Shown: in pieces, positions 36,157-46,087 of the stretch
Position numbering within the stretch: the stretch's first letter is position 1
Layout of the letters: the number at the start of each line of letters is the position of its first letter
NCBI GenBank assembly: GCA_049975205.1
Contig: JBNGDL010000013.1
Coordinates: forward strand, 12,643 to 76,642
Direction of reading: 5' to 3'
Source: Anaerolineae bacterium
GTDB lineage: Bacteria; Chloroflexota; Anaerolineae; B4-G1; SLSP01
DNA length: 64,000 bases
Made by a program: the position numbers and the translations under genes
The notes under the pieces: model-generated
What the model saw: only the letters and a program-made list of their open reading frames with translations
The model's database searches: none
Told to the model about the DNA's origin: nothing

Positions 36157-37092
36157 ATGTTGACCCAGACGATCCAGCTCTACGATGACCGCAAGTATGT
36201 GACACTGACCATCTATGTCCTGTCCGATTCCCCTGAGCTCCTGAACGGAAAGAAACGTCCGGCTGTTCTGATCTGCCCCGGCGGCGCCTATCTCTCCTGC
36301 TCTGACCGTGAGGCCGAGCCTGTCGCCCTGCGCTTCGCCGCGATGGGCTACCATGCCTTCGTGCTGCGCTATTCGACCTACAGCGAAGGGCAGCCGGGCT
36401 TGGACTATCTCAATTCCGATATGGCTGCCAATCCAAAGAGTGTCTATCCTGCGCCCATGCGGGACATCGGCAAGGCGTTTCTCACGATTCGTGGACGTGC
36501 CGATGAATGGCTCGTGGATATGGACAAGATCGCTCTCTGTGGCTTCTCCGCAGGCGCGCACAACTGCGCGATGTACGCTGTGAACTGGCGGGATCCCGTC
36601 ATCGGCGAGTTCTTCGGCGAAGCGCCGGCAGCCTTTAAGCCCGCGGCTGCAATCCTGGCCTATGGGCTCGGCGACTATCACCTGATGGTCGAGGAGATGG
36701 ATGAGCCTTGGGCCCAACAGGTCTCGGAGGCCGCCACCGTTGCCCTCCTGGGGACCAAATCCCCAACGGAGGAGCAGCTTGATGCCGTGAGCCCGGCCCT
36801 GCACGTAACGCAGGAGATGCCGCCCACCTTTCTTTGGGCGACAGCAACAGATGCGTTGGTCCCCGTAGAAAACACCATTCGGATGGCGGACGCACTGGCG
36901 CGCGCCAGGGTGCCCTTTGAAGTGCACATCTTCGAAGAAGGCGAGCATGGTCTGAGCCTTGCCGACCAATCGACGGCGAGTTCCCGGATGCAGGTGGATG
37001 CGGATGTCTCCAAATGGGTGGAGCTGGTGGAAGCTTGGCTCCAGAAGCGGTTTGCGCTGCCACTGCCGGAGAAGCCAGCATGGATGCCCTGA
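36157..37092 (+). CDS. Alpha/beta hydrolase, esterase/lipase-type
   Basis: CPGGAY oxyanion-hole region. GFSAGAH elbow. The C-terminal EGEHG supplies the His. Confidence 0.8.
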   Translation: MLTQTIQLYDDRKYVTLTIYVLSDSPELLNGKKRPAVLICPGGAYLSCSDREAEPVALRFAAMGYHAFVLRYSTYSEGQPGLDYLNSDMAANPKSVYPAPMRDIGKAFLTIRGRADEWLVDMDKIALCGFSAGAHNCAMYAVNWRDPVIGEFFGEAPAAFKPAAAILAYGLGDYHLMVEEMDEPWAQQVSEAATVALLGTKSPTEEQLDAVSPALHVTQEMPPTFLWATATDALVPVENTIRMADALARARVPFEVHIFEEGEHGLSLADQSTASSRMQVDADVSKWVELVEAWLQKRFALPLPEKPAWMP

Positions 37093-37203
37093 TGGCACCG
37101 ACTATCCGGAAGGTCACGCGGTTCAGGGTCTGGTGGTCGCTGGCGCCTCTCTGTTGCTCTCCCCCAACCGGATGGTAGAATCCGCATGGGAGGAGACGAC
37201 ATC

Positions 37204-38397
37204 ATGGAAAGACTGATCGGCACCACCGCAAGAGGCATCCGCGCCCCCATCATCCGTGAGGGCGATGACATCGTGGACATCGTCGTCGATAGCGTCATAG
37301 ACGCCGCGGGGCAAGCGCCCTTCGAGTTGCGCGACCGCGACGTGATCGCGGTCACCGAGGCCGTGGTCGCCCGCGCGCAGGGCAACTATGTCACCATCAA
37401 CCAGATTGCGTCCGATATCCAGGCCAAGTTTGGCGACGGTGGCCCCCTTGGCGTGGTCTTCCCGATCCTCAGCCGCAACCGTTTCGCCATCTGCCTGAAG
37501 GGGATCGCGGCTGGCGTCGATAAGATCGTGCTGATGCTCAGCTACCCGTCCGACGAGGTCGGCAACAGCTTGATGGACCTCGACGCGCTCGATGAGAGCG
37601 GCGTGAATCCGTGGACCGACGTCCTGACCGAGGCGGAGTACCGCGAGCGCTTCGGCGTCTACCTGCACCCCTATACCGGCGTCGACTACGTCGCATATTA
37701 CAAAGAGCTGATCACCGAGGCCGGAAGTGAGGCCGAGATCCTCTTCGCCAACGACCCTCGCGCGATTCTCGACTACGCCCAGCGCGTGCTCTGCTGCGAC
37801 ATCCATACCCGCGCTCGCACCAAGCGCCTGCTCGAGGCTGCCGGCGCGGAGAAGGTCCTTACCCTCCATGAGATCCTCGACGCGCCCGTCGATGGCAGTG
37901 GCTACAATGAGGCTTACGGTCTGCTGGGGAGCAATAAGGCCACCGAGGACACGGTGAAGCTCTTCCCTCGGAATTGCGACGCGGTGGTCGACGAGATCCA
38001 GCGTCGCATCCTCGAGCGCACCGGTAAGCATGTCGAGGTGATGATTTACGGGGATGGGGCCTACAAGGACCCCGTCGCCAAGATCTGGGAGCTGGCTGAC
38101 CCCGTGGTCTCGCCCGGCTATACGGATGGCCTACAGGGCCGCCCCAATGAGGTGAAGCTGAAGTACTTAGCCGACACCGAGTTCGCCCACCTAAGCGGGG
38201 AGGCCTTGAGAGAGGCCATCAGGGACTACATCCGCGATAAGGAGAAGGACCTGGTCGGGAAGATGGTGGCGGAGGGCACGACGCCCCGCCACCTGAGCGA
38301 CCTGATTGGGTCGTTAGCCGACCTCGTCTCCGGCAGCGGGGACAAGGGCACCCCGATTGTGGTCGTGCAAGGCTACTTCGACACCTACGCAAGCTGA
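37204..38397 (+). CDS. Coenzyme F420:L-glutamate ligase (CofE)-like protein
   Basis: Start re-set (GGGAGGAG RBS). DRDVIAVTEAVVARAQGNY and GLLGSN...VKLFP...VEVMIYGDG resemble the CofE fold. Moderate certainty. Confidence 0.55.
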   Translation: MERLIGTTARGIRAPIIREGDDIVDIVVDSVIDAAGQAPFELRDRDVIAVTEAVVARAQGNYVTINQIASDIQAKFGDGGPLGVVFPILSRNRFAICLKGIAAGVDKIVLMLSYPSDEVGNSLMDLDALDESGVNPWTDVLTEAEYRERFGVYLHPYTGVDYVAYYKELITEAGSEAEILFANDPRAILDYAQRVLCCDIHTRARTKRLLEAAGAEKVLTLHEILDAPVDGSGYNEAYGLLGSNKATEDTVKLFPRNCDAVVDEIQRRILERTGKHVEVMIYGDGAYKDPVAKIWELADPVVSPGYTDGLQGRPNEVKLKYLADTEFAHLSGEALREAIRDYIRDKEKDLVGKMVAEGTTPRHLSDLIGSLADLVSGSGDKGTPIVVVQGYFDTYAS

Positions 38398-38402
38398 GAG
38401 CA

Positions 38403-38428
38403 GCAGCTCACCGTCGTCGGTGAGCTGC
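38403..38428. terminator. Hairpin between convergent genes
   Basis: GCAGCTCACCG-TCGT-CGGTGAGCTGC, an 11-bp stem. Confidence 0.5.
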
Positions 38429-38451
38429 CACCTCCTGGGCCCTTCCGGAGC

Positions 38452-38940
38452 CTACGCCTCGAACACGAACTTCGTGGGGTCATCGATGAAGCTGGTCCAG
38501 GCGATGGCGGAGCGCGGTGTTACCTCATATAACCCGCCCTCATCCCACGAGGCGGGCTCCGGCGCGTAGCCCTCGTACTTCCGCGCGTACTCGCGGGCCA
38601 GGTGCGTTCCTAGCTCGGCTGAGGGCTTTCCGGCCGGCGCGCAGATTCCCTCGACGATCACCACCTGATCCCCGCTCTCCAGATGCACAACGATGTGAGA
38701 GTTCTGTGCAAGGTTTCTGGCGTGGCGGGTCTCGGAGCTCCCGTCGTAGTAGAGCCGGTCATTCACCCAGACGCCCCAGACAGGGACGGCGTGTGGTCGC
38801 CCGTCGGGCCGGACCGTGCAGAGCCAGTAGTTACCAGCGTCGATCAGGCGCGACACCACCTGGTCCCAGGACAGCAAAGCCTTTGGATTGCTGACGTAGC
38901 CTTCGGGGAAAGACGGTCGCATTACCCTCGGTGTTGCCAT
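38452..38940 (-). CDS. Pyridoxamine 5'-phosphate oxidase-family (split-barrel flavin/deazaflavin-binding) protein
   Basis: YWLCTVRPDGRPHAVPVWGVWVNDRLYY and typical length. Confidence 0.65.
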   Translation of the reverse strand: MATPRVMRPSFPEGYVSNPKALLSWDQVVSRLIDAGNYWLCTVRPDGRPHAVPVWGVWVNDRLYYDGSSETRHARNLAQNSHIVVHLESGDQVVIVEGICAPAGKPSAELGTHLAREYARKYEGYAPEPASWDEGGLYEVTPRSAIAWTSFIDDPTKFVFEA

Positions 38941-39025
38941 AGGGCCTCCTTTCCTGGCCTATCTGTCCAGACTATACGCCCGACCGGGGCGGGTGCAATG
39001 CGGCCTCCCCGCGCTTCTCAGCCCT

Positions 39026-40744
39026 CTACCACTGATAGTCCCACTTCTGCCCCGCTGCCGTGGTACAGGGCATCACAAGTGCCCCTGCGCCGTTCTGGGT
39101 GCTGATTCCGCCCAGGGCTAGGCACTTGCCGCCGGAGACGACATGCCCGCTGAAACTCCAGTTCTGAGTCAGCTGCGTGTCGGTGCTGCATTCGATAAAG
39201 CGCACCCTCTGTCCGGCAACAGGACCACCGTCGCCCAACGTGTAGGCGCGATCCAGCACGTCCTCCACATCCAGGCATAGCGCGCCGTGCGTGAAGCTGA
39301 TCAAGCCGATCTGCCCGCCCGTCCCGAGCAAGAAGTCCTGGATATCGCTCGTGGTGCCGGCGGTACACGGTGCAGCCAAGGCGTCGCTGCCCGAGCCGCC
39401 GCTCTGCGTCAGACAGAGGTCACCGGTCAGAGTCCGCACACGTACGGCTCCCGGAATCTCACTTGGCTCGATCCGCCACCTCTGCGTGACGAACCCCGTG
39501 GCGGCGGAGGTCGATGCGGCGCTCGCTGGGGCAGTGGAGGCTGCGCCGCCACCGGACGCCCTCAACACCAGCGGAAGGAAGACGGTATAGGTGGTGGAGC
39601 AGGGCTGCATCGTCAGCGCACTCGTCCCCATCCCCGAACGTGTGAGGCACAGGCCTCCGAAGCCACGCACCACCACATCTTCGAAACGCCACTGCTGGTT
39701 TGACCCTTGAAGGCAATCCCACGTTTGCACAATGCTCCCGCTGACCGTGTCCACGTCAAGGCAGCGGGGGGTTTCGCTCGGATCCGTGGGCGATTGGATG
39801 TAGAGCGCCTGAGTGGCGATGTTGTAATGCCACTCCTGATCATCCAGCGCTTCATCGCATTCCCAGCCGAAGGCCCTGGCGCCATTGGCGGCATCGGCGT
39901 GAGCGCTCAGACAGAGCGACCCGGGCAGCGAGAGCAGGGTGCCGGGCAGGTGCCGTTCGTACGCGCGTTGGATTCCCGCGACGTCGCGAGAACTGAGCTC
40001 CGTGGGTCTGTTGGAACAGTAGGCCATGATCGAATAGCGGTCGGGGGCGCCCCAGAGCCTTTCGCCCGGGACGGGCCACCATGGCCAGCTCTCTTCGTGG
40101 GTCTGGGGCAGGCAGCCGGGGATATCAGTAGGCCAGTCGCTGCGCTCCTCGCCGTGATAGAGGCCCAGCACGTGCCCGAACTCGTGGATGGTCAGAAACT
40201 CGATGCATTCCCGGCTGCCGCAGTGCAGGTTGAGGCGGACGCCCGATTGCATATAGTCGCCCCACGACCCGTGGCCCGGATTCTGGCCACCACTGTCAGC
40301 CGTGATGTAGATCTTGATGTTCTCGTCCGCAGTGCCGGGCCGTCTGGGCCCCAGCGTGTAGGGAGGGGGCTCGGCGTTGGCCTCGTCTTGACACTCCTGC
40401 CAACCGGTAAATAGGACCCGCGCCTCTCGCTCCCAGCTGTTCTTTAGGGCCAGGCGCGCCCATTCGCGTCGCAGCGCACCGGACGTCTGATCGACTTCGC
40501 CCGGCAGCGGGTTGGCATCATCAGGGTTCTCCCAGCAGACCACCAGCTTCACCGGGGCCGATTGCCACACGGTCCACATAAGCCCATCGCCACCCATCAG
40601 CGCGTTGACGATAGAAGGCGATAGCAGCAGGATCGTGAGGGCGAGTACCACCGCCCCTACGACCCGCCACCGACCACGCGCCCTTGGCATGCCTGCCAAC
40701 CGGGCCCTGCTCCGTTCATCGATATGGCTGCCATCCTCGTGCAT
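39026..40744 (-). CDS. Secreted metzincin-type zinc metalloprotease with two ricin-B (beta-trefoil) lectin domains
   Basis: HEFGHVLGLYH (HExxHxxGxxH). Met-turn candidate SIMAY. Repeated QxW motifs (QEWHY, QQWRF, QRWRI, QNWSF, QKWDY). N-terminal TM/signal. Confidence 0.8.
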   Translation of the reverse strand: MHEDGSHIDERSRARLAGMPRARGRWRVVGAVVLALTILLLSPSIVNALMGGDGLMWTVWQSAPVKLVVCWENPDDANPLPGEVDQTSGALRREWARLALKNSWEREARVLFTGWQECQDEANAEPPPYTLGPRRPGTADENIKIYITADSGGQNPGHGSWGDYMQSGVRLNLHCGSRECIEFLTIHEFGHVLGLYHGEERSDWPTDIPGCLPQTHEESWPWWPVPGERLWGAPDRYSIMAYCSNRPTELSSRDVAGIQRAYERHLPGTLLSLPGSLCLSAHADAANGARAFGWECDEALDDQEWHYNIATQALYIQSPTDPSETPRCLDVDTVSGSIVQTWDCLQGSNQQWRFEDVVVRGFGGLCLTRSGMGTSALTMQPCSTTYTVFLPLVLRASGGGAASTAPASAASTSAATGFVTQRWRIEPSEIPGAVRVRTLTGDLCLTQSGGSGSDALAAPCTAGTTSDIQDFLLGTGGQIGLISFTHGALCLDVEDVLDRAYTLGDGGPVAGQRVRFIECSTDTQLTQNWSFSGHVVSGGKCLALGGISTQNGAGALVMPCTTAAGQKWDYQW

Positions 40745-41026
40745 CTCTGTCCTCTTTCCTGGTTGAGGTGTGACGTGTGCGGAAACTGGAGTTGGACCAC
40801 CCGCCCTGCCGGATATGAACCCTGATCCTTTTGGAAAGAAGGGGTGGGATGGCGTTTGGCGCCTCGATGATCAGATCCGTTGGAGCTATCCTATCTAGAA
40901 ACCGTCCTAATGTCAATCACGGGTGATCGAGCTTGCGGTCTCTTCAATCGGCGGTGCTCGAGCCCGAAGGGTTTCGCATCTTGCCTTTTCATCGGATGCA
41001 ACCATACTGAATCGTGGGGTGAAGCT

Positions 41027-42763
41027 ATGATAAAAACCAAAATCTTGGACGAGACCGAGGAAGCCATCTTAGGGATCGAGCGCTATTGGCTCACGCGCCT
41101 CCAGGTGGCGATGGCGCAGTTCCCGGCGACGGATGAGGATCGCGCCGCGCTGGAGCGGTCGGTGCAGCAGCTGGACGAGCTCTTCCTGCTCGTCGTTGTG
41201 GGAGAGTTCAACTCCGGCAAGAGCGCGCTGATCAACGCCCTCTTCGGCGAGCCGCTCCTGGAGACCGGCGTCACCCCCACGACGACGCGCATCCACCTCC
41301 TGAAGCACGGCAAGGAGAGCGCGCACGTGGCGGTGGAGGCCGATGTCGACGTCATCTCCGTGCCGGCGTCTCTGCTGGAGGAGATCACCATCGTCGACAC
41401 GCCCGGGACGAACGCCATCTACCGCGAGCACGAGGCGATGACGCGCGAGTTCCTGCCCCGCTCGGACCTGGTGCTCTTCGTCACTTCGGTCGACCGCCCC
41501 TTTACTGAGAGCGAGCGAGCCTTTCTCGCCCTGATCCGCGAGTGGGGCAAGAAGGTCGTGGTCGTGCTCAACAAGATCGATATCCTTCAGGAGCCGGAGG
41601 ACCTTGCCGCCATTGAGCGGTTTATCAGGGAGAGTGCTCAGCAGCTGCTCGGCTTCACGCCCGAGGTGCTGCCCGTGTCGGCCCGTTTGGCGCTGAAGGC
41701 CAAGCAGACCGGCGCGGAGGCGTTGCTCTCGGAGAGCCGTATCGAGGAGCTGGAGTCCTACATCGTCGATCGTCTGGACGAGCGAGAGCGGGTCCGTCTC
41801 AAGTTGCTGAATCCGGTGCGGGTCGGCCTACATCTGACGGGGAAGTACCTTCAGGTGATCGAAGACCGGCTGGGCCTGCTGCGGGATGATTTCGCCGTGA
41901 TTGACAACGTCAAGCAGCAGCTGGCGACCTATCGGGCGGAGATGGCCCGGGAGTTCCGGCTGCGGCTCTCTGACGTCGACCGGGAGCTCCAGGCCTTCGA
42001 GAACCGGGGTATCGCGTTCTTCGACGAGACGATGCGGTTGGCGCACTTCTTCGACCTGCTCGACCGCAGCAAGCTCGAGATGCAGTTCCGGGAGCAGGCC
42101 ATCGCCGATGCCCCGGAGGCCATTGAGTCCCGCGTCGAGGAGATCACGGCGTGGCTCGTCGAGCGGAACCAGGGTCTATGGCAGATGGTGATGGAGAGCG
42201 TCCGGCAGCGGAAGCAGGCCCACGCCGACCGCGTCCTGGGCGATATCCCGACGGCTTTTGACGCGGATCGCCGGCGCGTCATCGAGAGCGTCGGTATGGC
42301 GGCCCAGCAGGCCTTGCAGACCTATGACCGGCGGGCGGAGGCCCAACGCATCGCGCAGTCGCTGCAGTGGGCGGTCGCGAGCACGGCGCTGGTGGAGGTC
42401 GGAGCCGTCGGCCTCGGCACCCTGATCACCATCCTCGCGTCGACGACCGTCCTGGACGTGACCGGCATCCTCGCCGCCAGCACGATGGCGGTCCTGGGTT
42501 TCCTCGTGATCCCCAGCCGCCGCCGGCGGTTCAAGAACGAGCTGCGAGAGAAGATCGAGGAGGTCCGCCAGACGCTGATGCCGACGCTGACCTCCCAGTT
42601 CGAAACCGAGGTGGAGCGGGGGGTCCGCGAGATCGAGGCGGCGATCTCGCCCTACACGCGCTTCATCCACTCGCAGCAGGCGCATTGGGACGAGACCCGC
42701 GATGGGCTGGTGAATATTGAGAAGTGGCTCAAGCGGCAGGAAGGCGAAATCGAGGCGCTTTGA
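41027..42763 (+). CDS. Bacterial dynamin-like GTPase
   Basis: Start re-set to MIKTKILDE. P-loop GEFNSGKSALINAL, DTPG, NKID. Hydrophobic paddle ALVEVGAVGLGTLITILAST...LGFLVIP near the C-terminus. Confidence 0.8.
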   Translation: MIKTKILDETEEAILGIERYWLTRLQVAMAQFPATDEDRAALERSVQQLDELFLLVVVGEFNSGKSALINALFGEPLLETGVTPTTTRIHLLKHGKESAHVAVEADVDVISVPASLLEEITIVDTPGTNAIYREHEAMTREFLPRSDLVLFVTSVDRPFTESERAFLALIREWGKKVVVVLNKIDILQEPEDLAAIERFIRESAQQLLGFTPEVLPVSARLALKAKQTGAEALLSESRIEELESYIVDRLDERERVRLKLLNPVRVGLHLTGKYLQVIEDRLGLLRDDFAVIDNVKQQLATYRAEMAREFRLRLSDVDRELQAFENRGIAFFDETMRLAHFFDLLDRSKLEMQFREQAIADAPEAIESRVEEITAWLVERNQGLWQMVMESVRQRKQAHADRVLGDIPTAFDADRRRVIESVGMAAQQALQTYDRRAEAQRIAQSLQWAVASTALVEVGAVGLGTLITILASTTVLDVTGILAASTMAVLGFLVIPSRRRRFKNELREKIEEVRQTLMPTLTSQFETEVERGVREIEAAISPYTRFIHSQQAHWDETRDGLVNIEKWLKRQEGEIEAL

Positions 42764-42780
42764 GGGCGCGGGAGGGCTAG

Positions 42781-43764
42781 ATGACCGAGAAGACCGATCT
42801 GTGCAAGGCCTCGCCGACCATCCGGCTGGGCGTCAGCACCTGTCTGCTTGGTGAGCGCGTTCGCTACGACGGCGGGCACAAGCACGACCGCTACGTGACG
42901 GACGTGCTGGGCGCCTACGTCGACGAGTGGGTACCCGTCTGTCCCGAGGTGGAGTGCGGGCTGCCGATCCCGCGGGAGAGCATGCGCTTGGTCGGCGATC
43001 CGGAGAACCCCCGACTGATCATGCCCAAGTCGGGGCGGGACCAGACGGAGCTGATGCAGACCTGGATCGAGCAAAAGCTGCCGGAGCTCGCGACCCTCGA
43101 TCTGAACGGCTTCATCTTCAAGAAGGGTAGCCCCTCCTCCGGTGCCTGGCGCGTCAAGGTCTACGACAAGAACGGCGTGCCCAGCGCGTCGGGCAGCGGG
43201 GTGTTCGCCGGGGCCTTTATGAAGCGGTTTCCCTATCTCCCGGTGGAGGAGGAGGGACGCCTTCACGACCTGCCCCTGCGCGAGAACTTCATCGAGCGCC
43301 TCTTCGCCCACGCGCGGTGGCTCTGCCTGCTGGACGAGGATCCCACGCCGGGTGGGTTGGTGCGGTTCCACTCCTCGGTGAAGCTGGCCCTGATGGCGCA
43401 CAGCCCCGCTCACTATCAGGAGCTCGGGCGCCTGGTTGCCAAGGCGGGGACGCTGCCGTGGGATGAGTTGGTCGACCGCTACTACGCGGGCTATATGACG
43501 GGGATGAACGTGCTCGCCACGCGCGGTCGCCACGTCAACGTGCTCCAGCACCTAATGGGCTACTTGAAGGATGATCTCTTGTCCGAGGATAAGCAGGAGC
43601 TCCTCAGCCTCTTCGAGGACTACCGCGAGGGCCTCGTGCCCCTCGTCGTGCCGGTCACGCTATTGAAGCACCACCTGGCGCGCCACAACGTGCCCGATTG
43701 GGTCCACATCCAGACCTACCTGAACCCCTATCCGAAGGAGCTGATGCTGCGCAATCACGTGTAG
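42781..43764 (+). CDS. DUF523-DUF1722 fusion protein (YbbK/YbgA-like)
   Basis: The N-terminal GVSTCLLGERVRYDGGHK is DUF523-like. The C-terminal helical half is DUF1722-like (YbgA). Confidence 0.8.
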   Translation: MTEKTDLCKASPTIRLGVSTCLLGERVRYDGGHKHDRYVTDVLGAYVDEWVPVCPEVECGLPIPRESMRLVGDPENPRLIMPKSGRDQTELMQTWIEQKLPELATLDLNGFIFKKGSPSSGAWRVKVYDKNGVPSASGSGVFAGAFMKRFPYLPVEEEGRLHDLPLRENFIERLFAHARWLCLLDEDPTPGGLVRFHSSVKLALMAHSPAHYQELGRLVAKAGTLPWDELVDRYYAGYMTGMNVLATRGRHVNVLQHLMGYLKDDLLSEDKQELLSLFEDYREGLVPLVVPVTLLKHHLARHNVPDWVHIQTYLNPYPKELMLRNHV

Positions 43765-43827
43765 GCGCAGTCTCTGTGACCTGAGGGCTAGCCAGATCGG
43801 CGCACGCGAACGGTGTTGCTGAGAAGA

Positions 43828-43883
43828 GGAAGGATCTTGTGGTTGCTGGCGTCGGCTGACGCTTTCGAACCACAAGATCCTTC
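43828..43883. other. Long hairpin between convergent genes (terminator or REP-like element)
   Basis: GAAGGATCTTGTGGTT-24 nt-AACCACAAGATCCTTC, a 16-bp perfect stem. The loop contains a nested GCGTC-GGCT-GACGC hairpin. Confidence 0.4.
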
Positions 43884-43981
43884 GCTAACTTCCCTTCGCT
43901 CCCGAGGTACCTACTTAACCCGCTCACGATGACAGCCTACAGGCGGGTGTAGGCCGGGGGCATACACACTACTGCGTCGTG

Positions 43982-45820
43982 CTAAGGCGCGGTCACTGTG
44001 ATTTTGGTCACGCTTGGGACGTATTCATAGCCCGCCAGGACCACGTCGTTCACCGTAAAGGTGATCGAAGCGGTCGTACCAGTCCTGACGTTGGTTGTGA
44101 CCGCGCACTTGCCTGATGTGTCAGTTGTGCAGGTTGCCGCACTGCCATCATCCCAAGAGCCACTCACCACTGCACCCGACAGAGCGGGATCGATCGTCGC
44201 GATGACCGTCGCCCTCCAGAAGTTCTTGTTGATCGTGGTGCTGATGTCCGCGAGGGACGCCACCGTGATCGTATCACCCGTGCCTCCGCCGCTGCTGACC
44301 GTTACTTGCTTGCTTATGTTACCGGTCGCGCCGTCATCGTCGGTAACGGTCAAGCTCACAGTGTACGTACCGTCTGCGGCGTAGGTGTGCGACGGATTCT
44401 GGGCCGTCGAGGTCGCCCCGTCTCCAAAGGCCCAGCTCCAGGAGGCGATGCTGCCATCCGAGTCCGTGCTTGCATCGGTGAAATCGACCGTGAGGTCGGA
44501 TGTAGTGTACGTGAAGTCAGCGGTTGGCGGCTGGTTGGTCTCGCCGCCCCCGCCTGCCTCGACTAGAACGGGGTTGAAGGTGCTCACATCCAGCAAGGGC
44601 TCCTGGATGCCGTCGCCCGAGTCGTCCGTCCAGTCGTAGTTCCCGGCGTTCTTGACCTGATTGTACAGATTGATGACATCCGTGGCGTTCCCTGGGTTGC
44701 TCGCGCTCGCTAGCAGCGCCAGGGCTCCCGCCGCGTGGGGGCTGGCCATCGACGTGCCGCTGATGGTGCCATACTCGCCCTCCTCCAGCGGGAAGGTGGA
44801 CAGGATGCACGCGCCGGGCGCAGCGATATCGACTGCACTGCCCCAGTTGCTGAAGTAAGCCAGCGTGTCGTCCTGATCTGTGAAACAGGTCGGGCTGCCG
44901 AGGCCACCTGGCTCACCGTCGAAGTCGGCCAGCGCGCTCACGGACAACACGTTGTCGAACCCACCGGGGCTGTAGTTGTTGGCGTCGTCGTCCTCGTTGC
45001 CCGCGGCGACCGCAAAGGCCACGCCCGCGGCGACCGCGCCCTGGATGGCGTCGTACTCGGCCTGGCTGAAGCCCTCGCCGCCCAGGCTCATATTCGCGAC
45101 TTCAATGCTGCTCGCATTGGCGGTGACGTGGTCAATCCCGGCGACGATCGCGGAGCTGGGGCAGCTGCCCGAGGCATCGCAGACCTTCACGGCCCACAGA
45201 CGAGCGCCGGGGGCGACTCCGACGACGCCAAAGTCGTTGTCCAGCGCGGCGATCGTGCCGGCCACGTGCGTGCCGTGATAATGATCGTCGTCCCCGCCGG
45301 CACCACAGCTGTATGTGCGGTTCCACGGCGCACCGGTCCCGCTGCTGATCAAACAGGTCGTGCTGCTGACGACGTTGAGGTCGGGATGGTCGAGATCGAT
45401 GCCCGTGTCGATGACGGCGACGTCCACGTCGACGCGATAGTCGTCACTCCCGTCGATATCAATGCCGCCGTTGGTGTCCGCGAAGATGCGGCTGATGCCC
45501 GTGGGCACCGTCTGGGCGCTGATCGAGCGCTCCATATCCTCCACGACGTAGGCTACGCGTGGATCACGCTGCAGGGCCGCCAGTCGCCCCGCGGGCACAA
45601 CCGCGGACATACCCTTGAGCGCGTGCTGATAGATGAAGCCCGGCTGCAAGCCGTAAGCGCGTGCCAGACCGTGCGCCTCAGCCACCGGGCTCGTCGTGTC
45701 CTTGAACACGATGATGTACGGCGCCGCCGTCGGGTCGGCTGCCATGACGGGGCCGACAGCCCCGCCCACGAGTGTTGCCAACAGCACCAAGATCGTCACC
45801 AAATTCCACTTGCTTCTCAT
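43982..45820 (-). CDS. Secreted S8 subtilisin-family protease with I9 propeptide, PKD domain and C-terminal beta domain
   Basis: Catalytic triad motifs VAVIDTGID, HGTHVAGT and GTSMASPH. PKD domain (ADFTYT...WSWAFGDG...YTVSLTVTDDDG). Signal peptide. Confidence 0.9.
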   Translation of the reverse strand: MRSKWNLVTILVLLATLVGGAVGPVMAADPTAAPYIIVFKDTTSPVAEAHGLARAYGLQPGFIYQHALKGMSAVVPAGRLAALQRDPRVAYVVEDMERSISAQTVPTGISRIFADTNGGIDIDGSDDYRVDVDVAVIDTGIDLDHPDLNVVSSTTCLISSGTGAPWNRTYSCGAGGDDDHYHGTHVAGTIAALDNDFGVVGVAPGARLWAVKVCDASGSCPSSAIVAGIDHVTANASSIEVANMSLGGEGFSQAEYDAIQGAVAAGVAFAVAAGNEDDDANNYSPGGFDNVLSVSALADFDGEPGGLGSPTCFTDQDDTLAYFSNWGSAVDIAAPGACILSTFPLEEGEYGTISGTSMASPHAAGALALLASASNPGNATDVINLYNQVKNAGNYDWTDDSGDGIQEPLLDVSTFNPVLVEAGGGGETNQPPTADFTYTTSDLTVDFTDASTDSDGSIASWSWAFGDGATSTAQNPSHTYAADGTYTVSLTVTDDDGATGNISKQVTVSSGGGTGDTITVASLADISTTINKNFWRATVIATIDPALSGAVVSGSWDDGSAATCTTDTSGKCAVTTNVRTGTTASITFTVNDVVLAGYEYVPSVTKITVTAP

Positions 45821-46000
45821 GATCTAATCCCCCCTGATTGAGTGTGAACTGCTATGCTAGACAGAGGCACTGTTTTCCATCCACGGTCGGGGCAGCGTTA
45901 TCGGTGCCTGGCCCTCCGCAGATTCACATAGTATATGCCCGTTTCTTGGTGCGTGCAAAAGCGGCGAGGGCCGAGGGCCGGGACCTCCGGTATCGGGGGA

Positions 46001-46036
46001 GCCGAGGGCACCAAGACCTTCTCAGGTGCCCTCGGC
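46001..46036 (-). terminator. Hairpin downstream of the 46088..48364 gene
   Basis: GCCGAGGGCACC-12 nt-GGTGCCCTCGGC, a 12-bp stem about 50 nt after the stop on the minus strand. Confidence 0.5.
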
Positions 46037-46087
46037 CGTGAGGGGTTTCTGCCCAAGCTGAGGGTAGCAGCCTGCTTGCTTGAGAGC

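Noticed and set aside
36130-38031. 322-aa, 235-aa and 302-aa minus-strand ORFs over the esterase and CofE-like genes
   Set aside because: Low-complexity, Arg/His-rich translations. The plus-strand products have clear alpha/beta-hydrolase and CofE-like motifs and RBSs.
40880-40915. Minus-strand TTGACA-17-TAGGAT promoter candidate for the metalloprotease, tested as a further CarH-type operator
   Set aside because: The flanking 11-bp units do not fit nAnnTnnACAn (position 2 mismatches and no tandem ACA spacing). It is not reported as part of the light regulon.
42652-43551. 299-aa minus-strand ORF over the DUF523-DUF1722 gene
   Set aside because: Antisense artefact with an Arg/Pro/His-rich composition.
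44735-45841. 368-aa plus-strand ORF over the S8 protease gene
   Set aside because: Antisense to a CDS with a complete Asp/His/Ser triad. The translation has no family resemblance.
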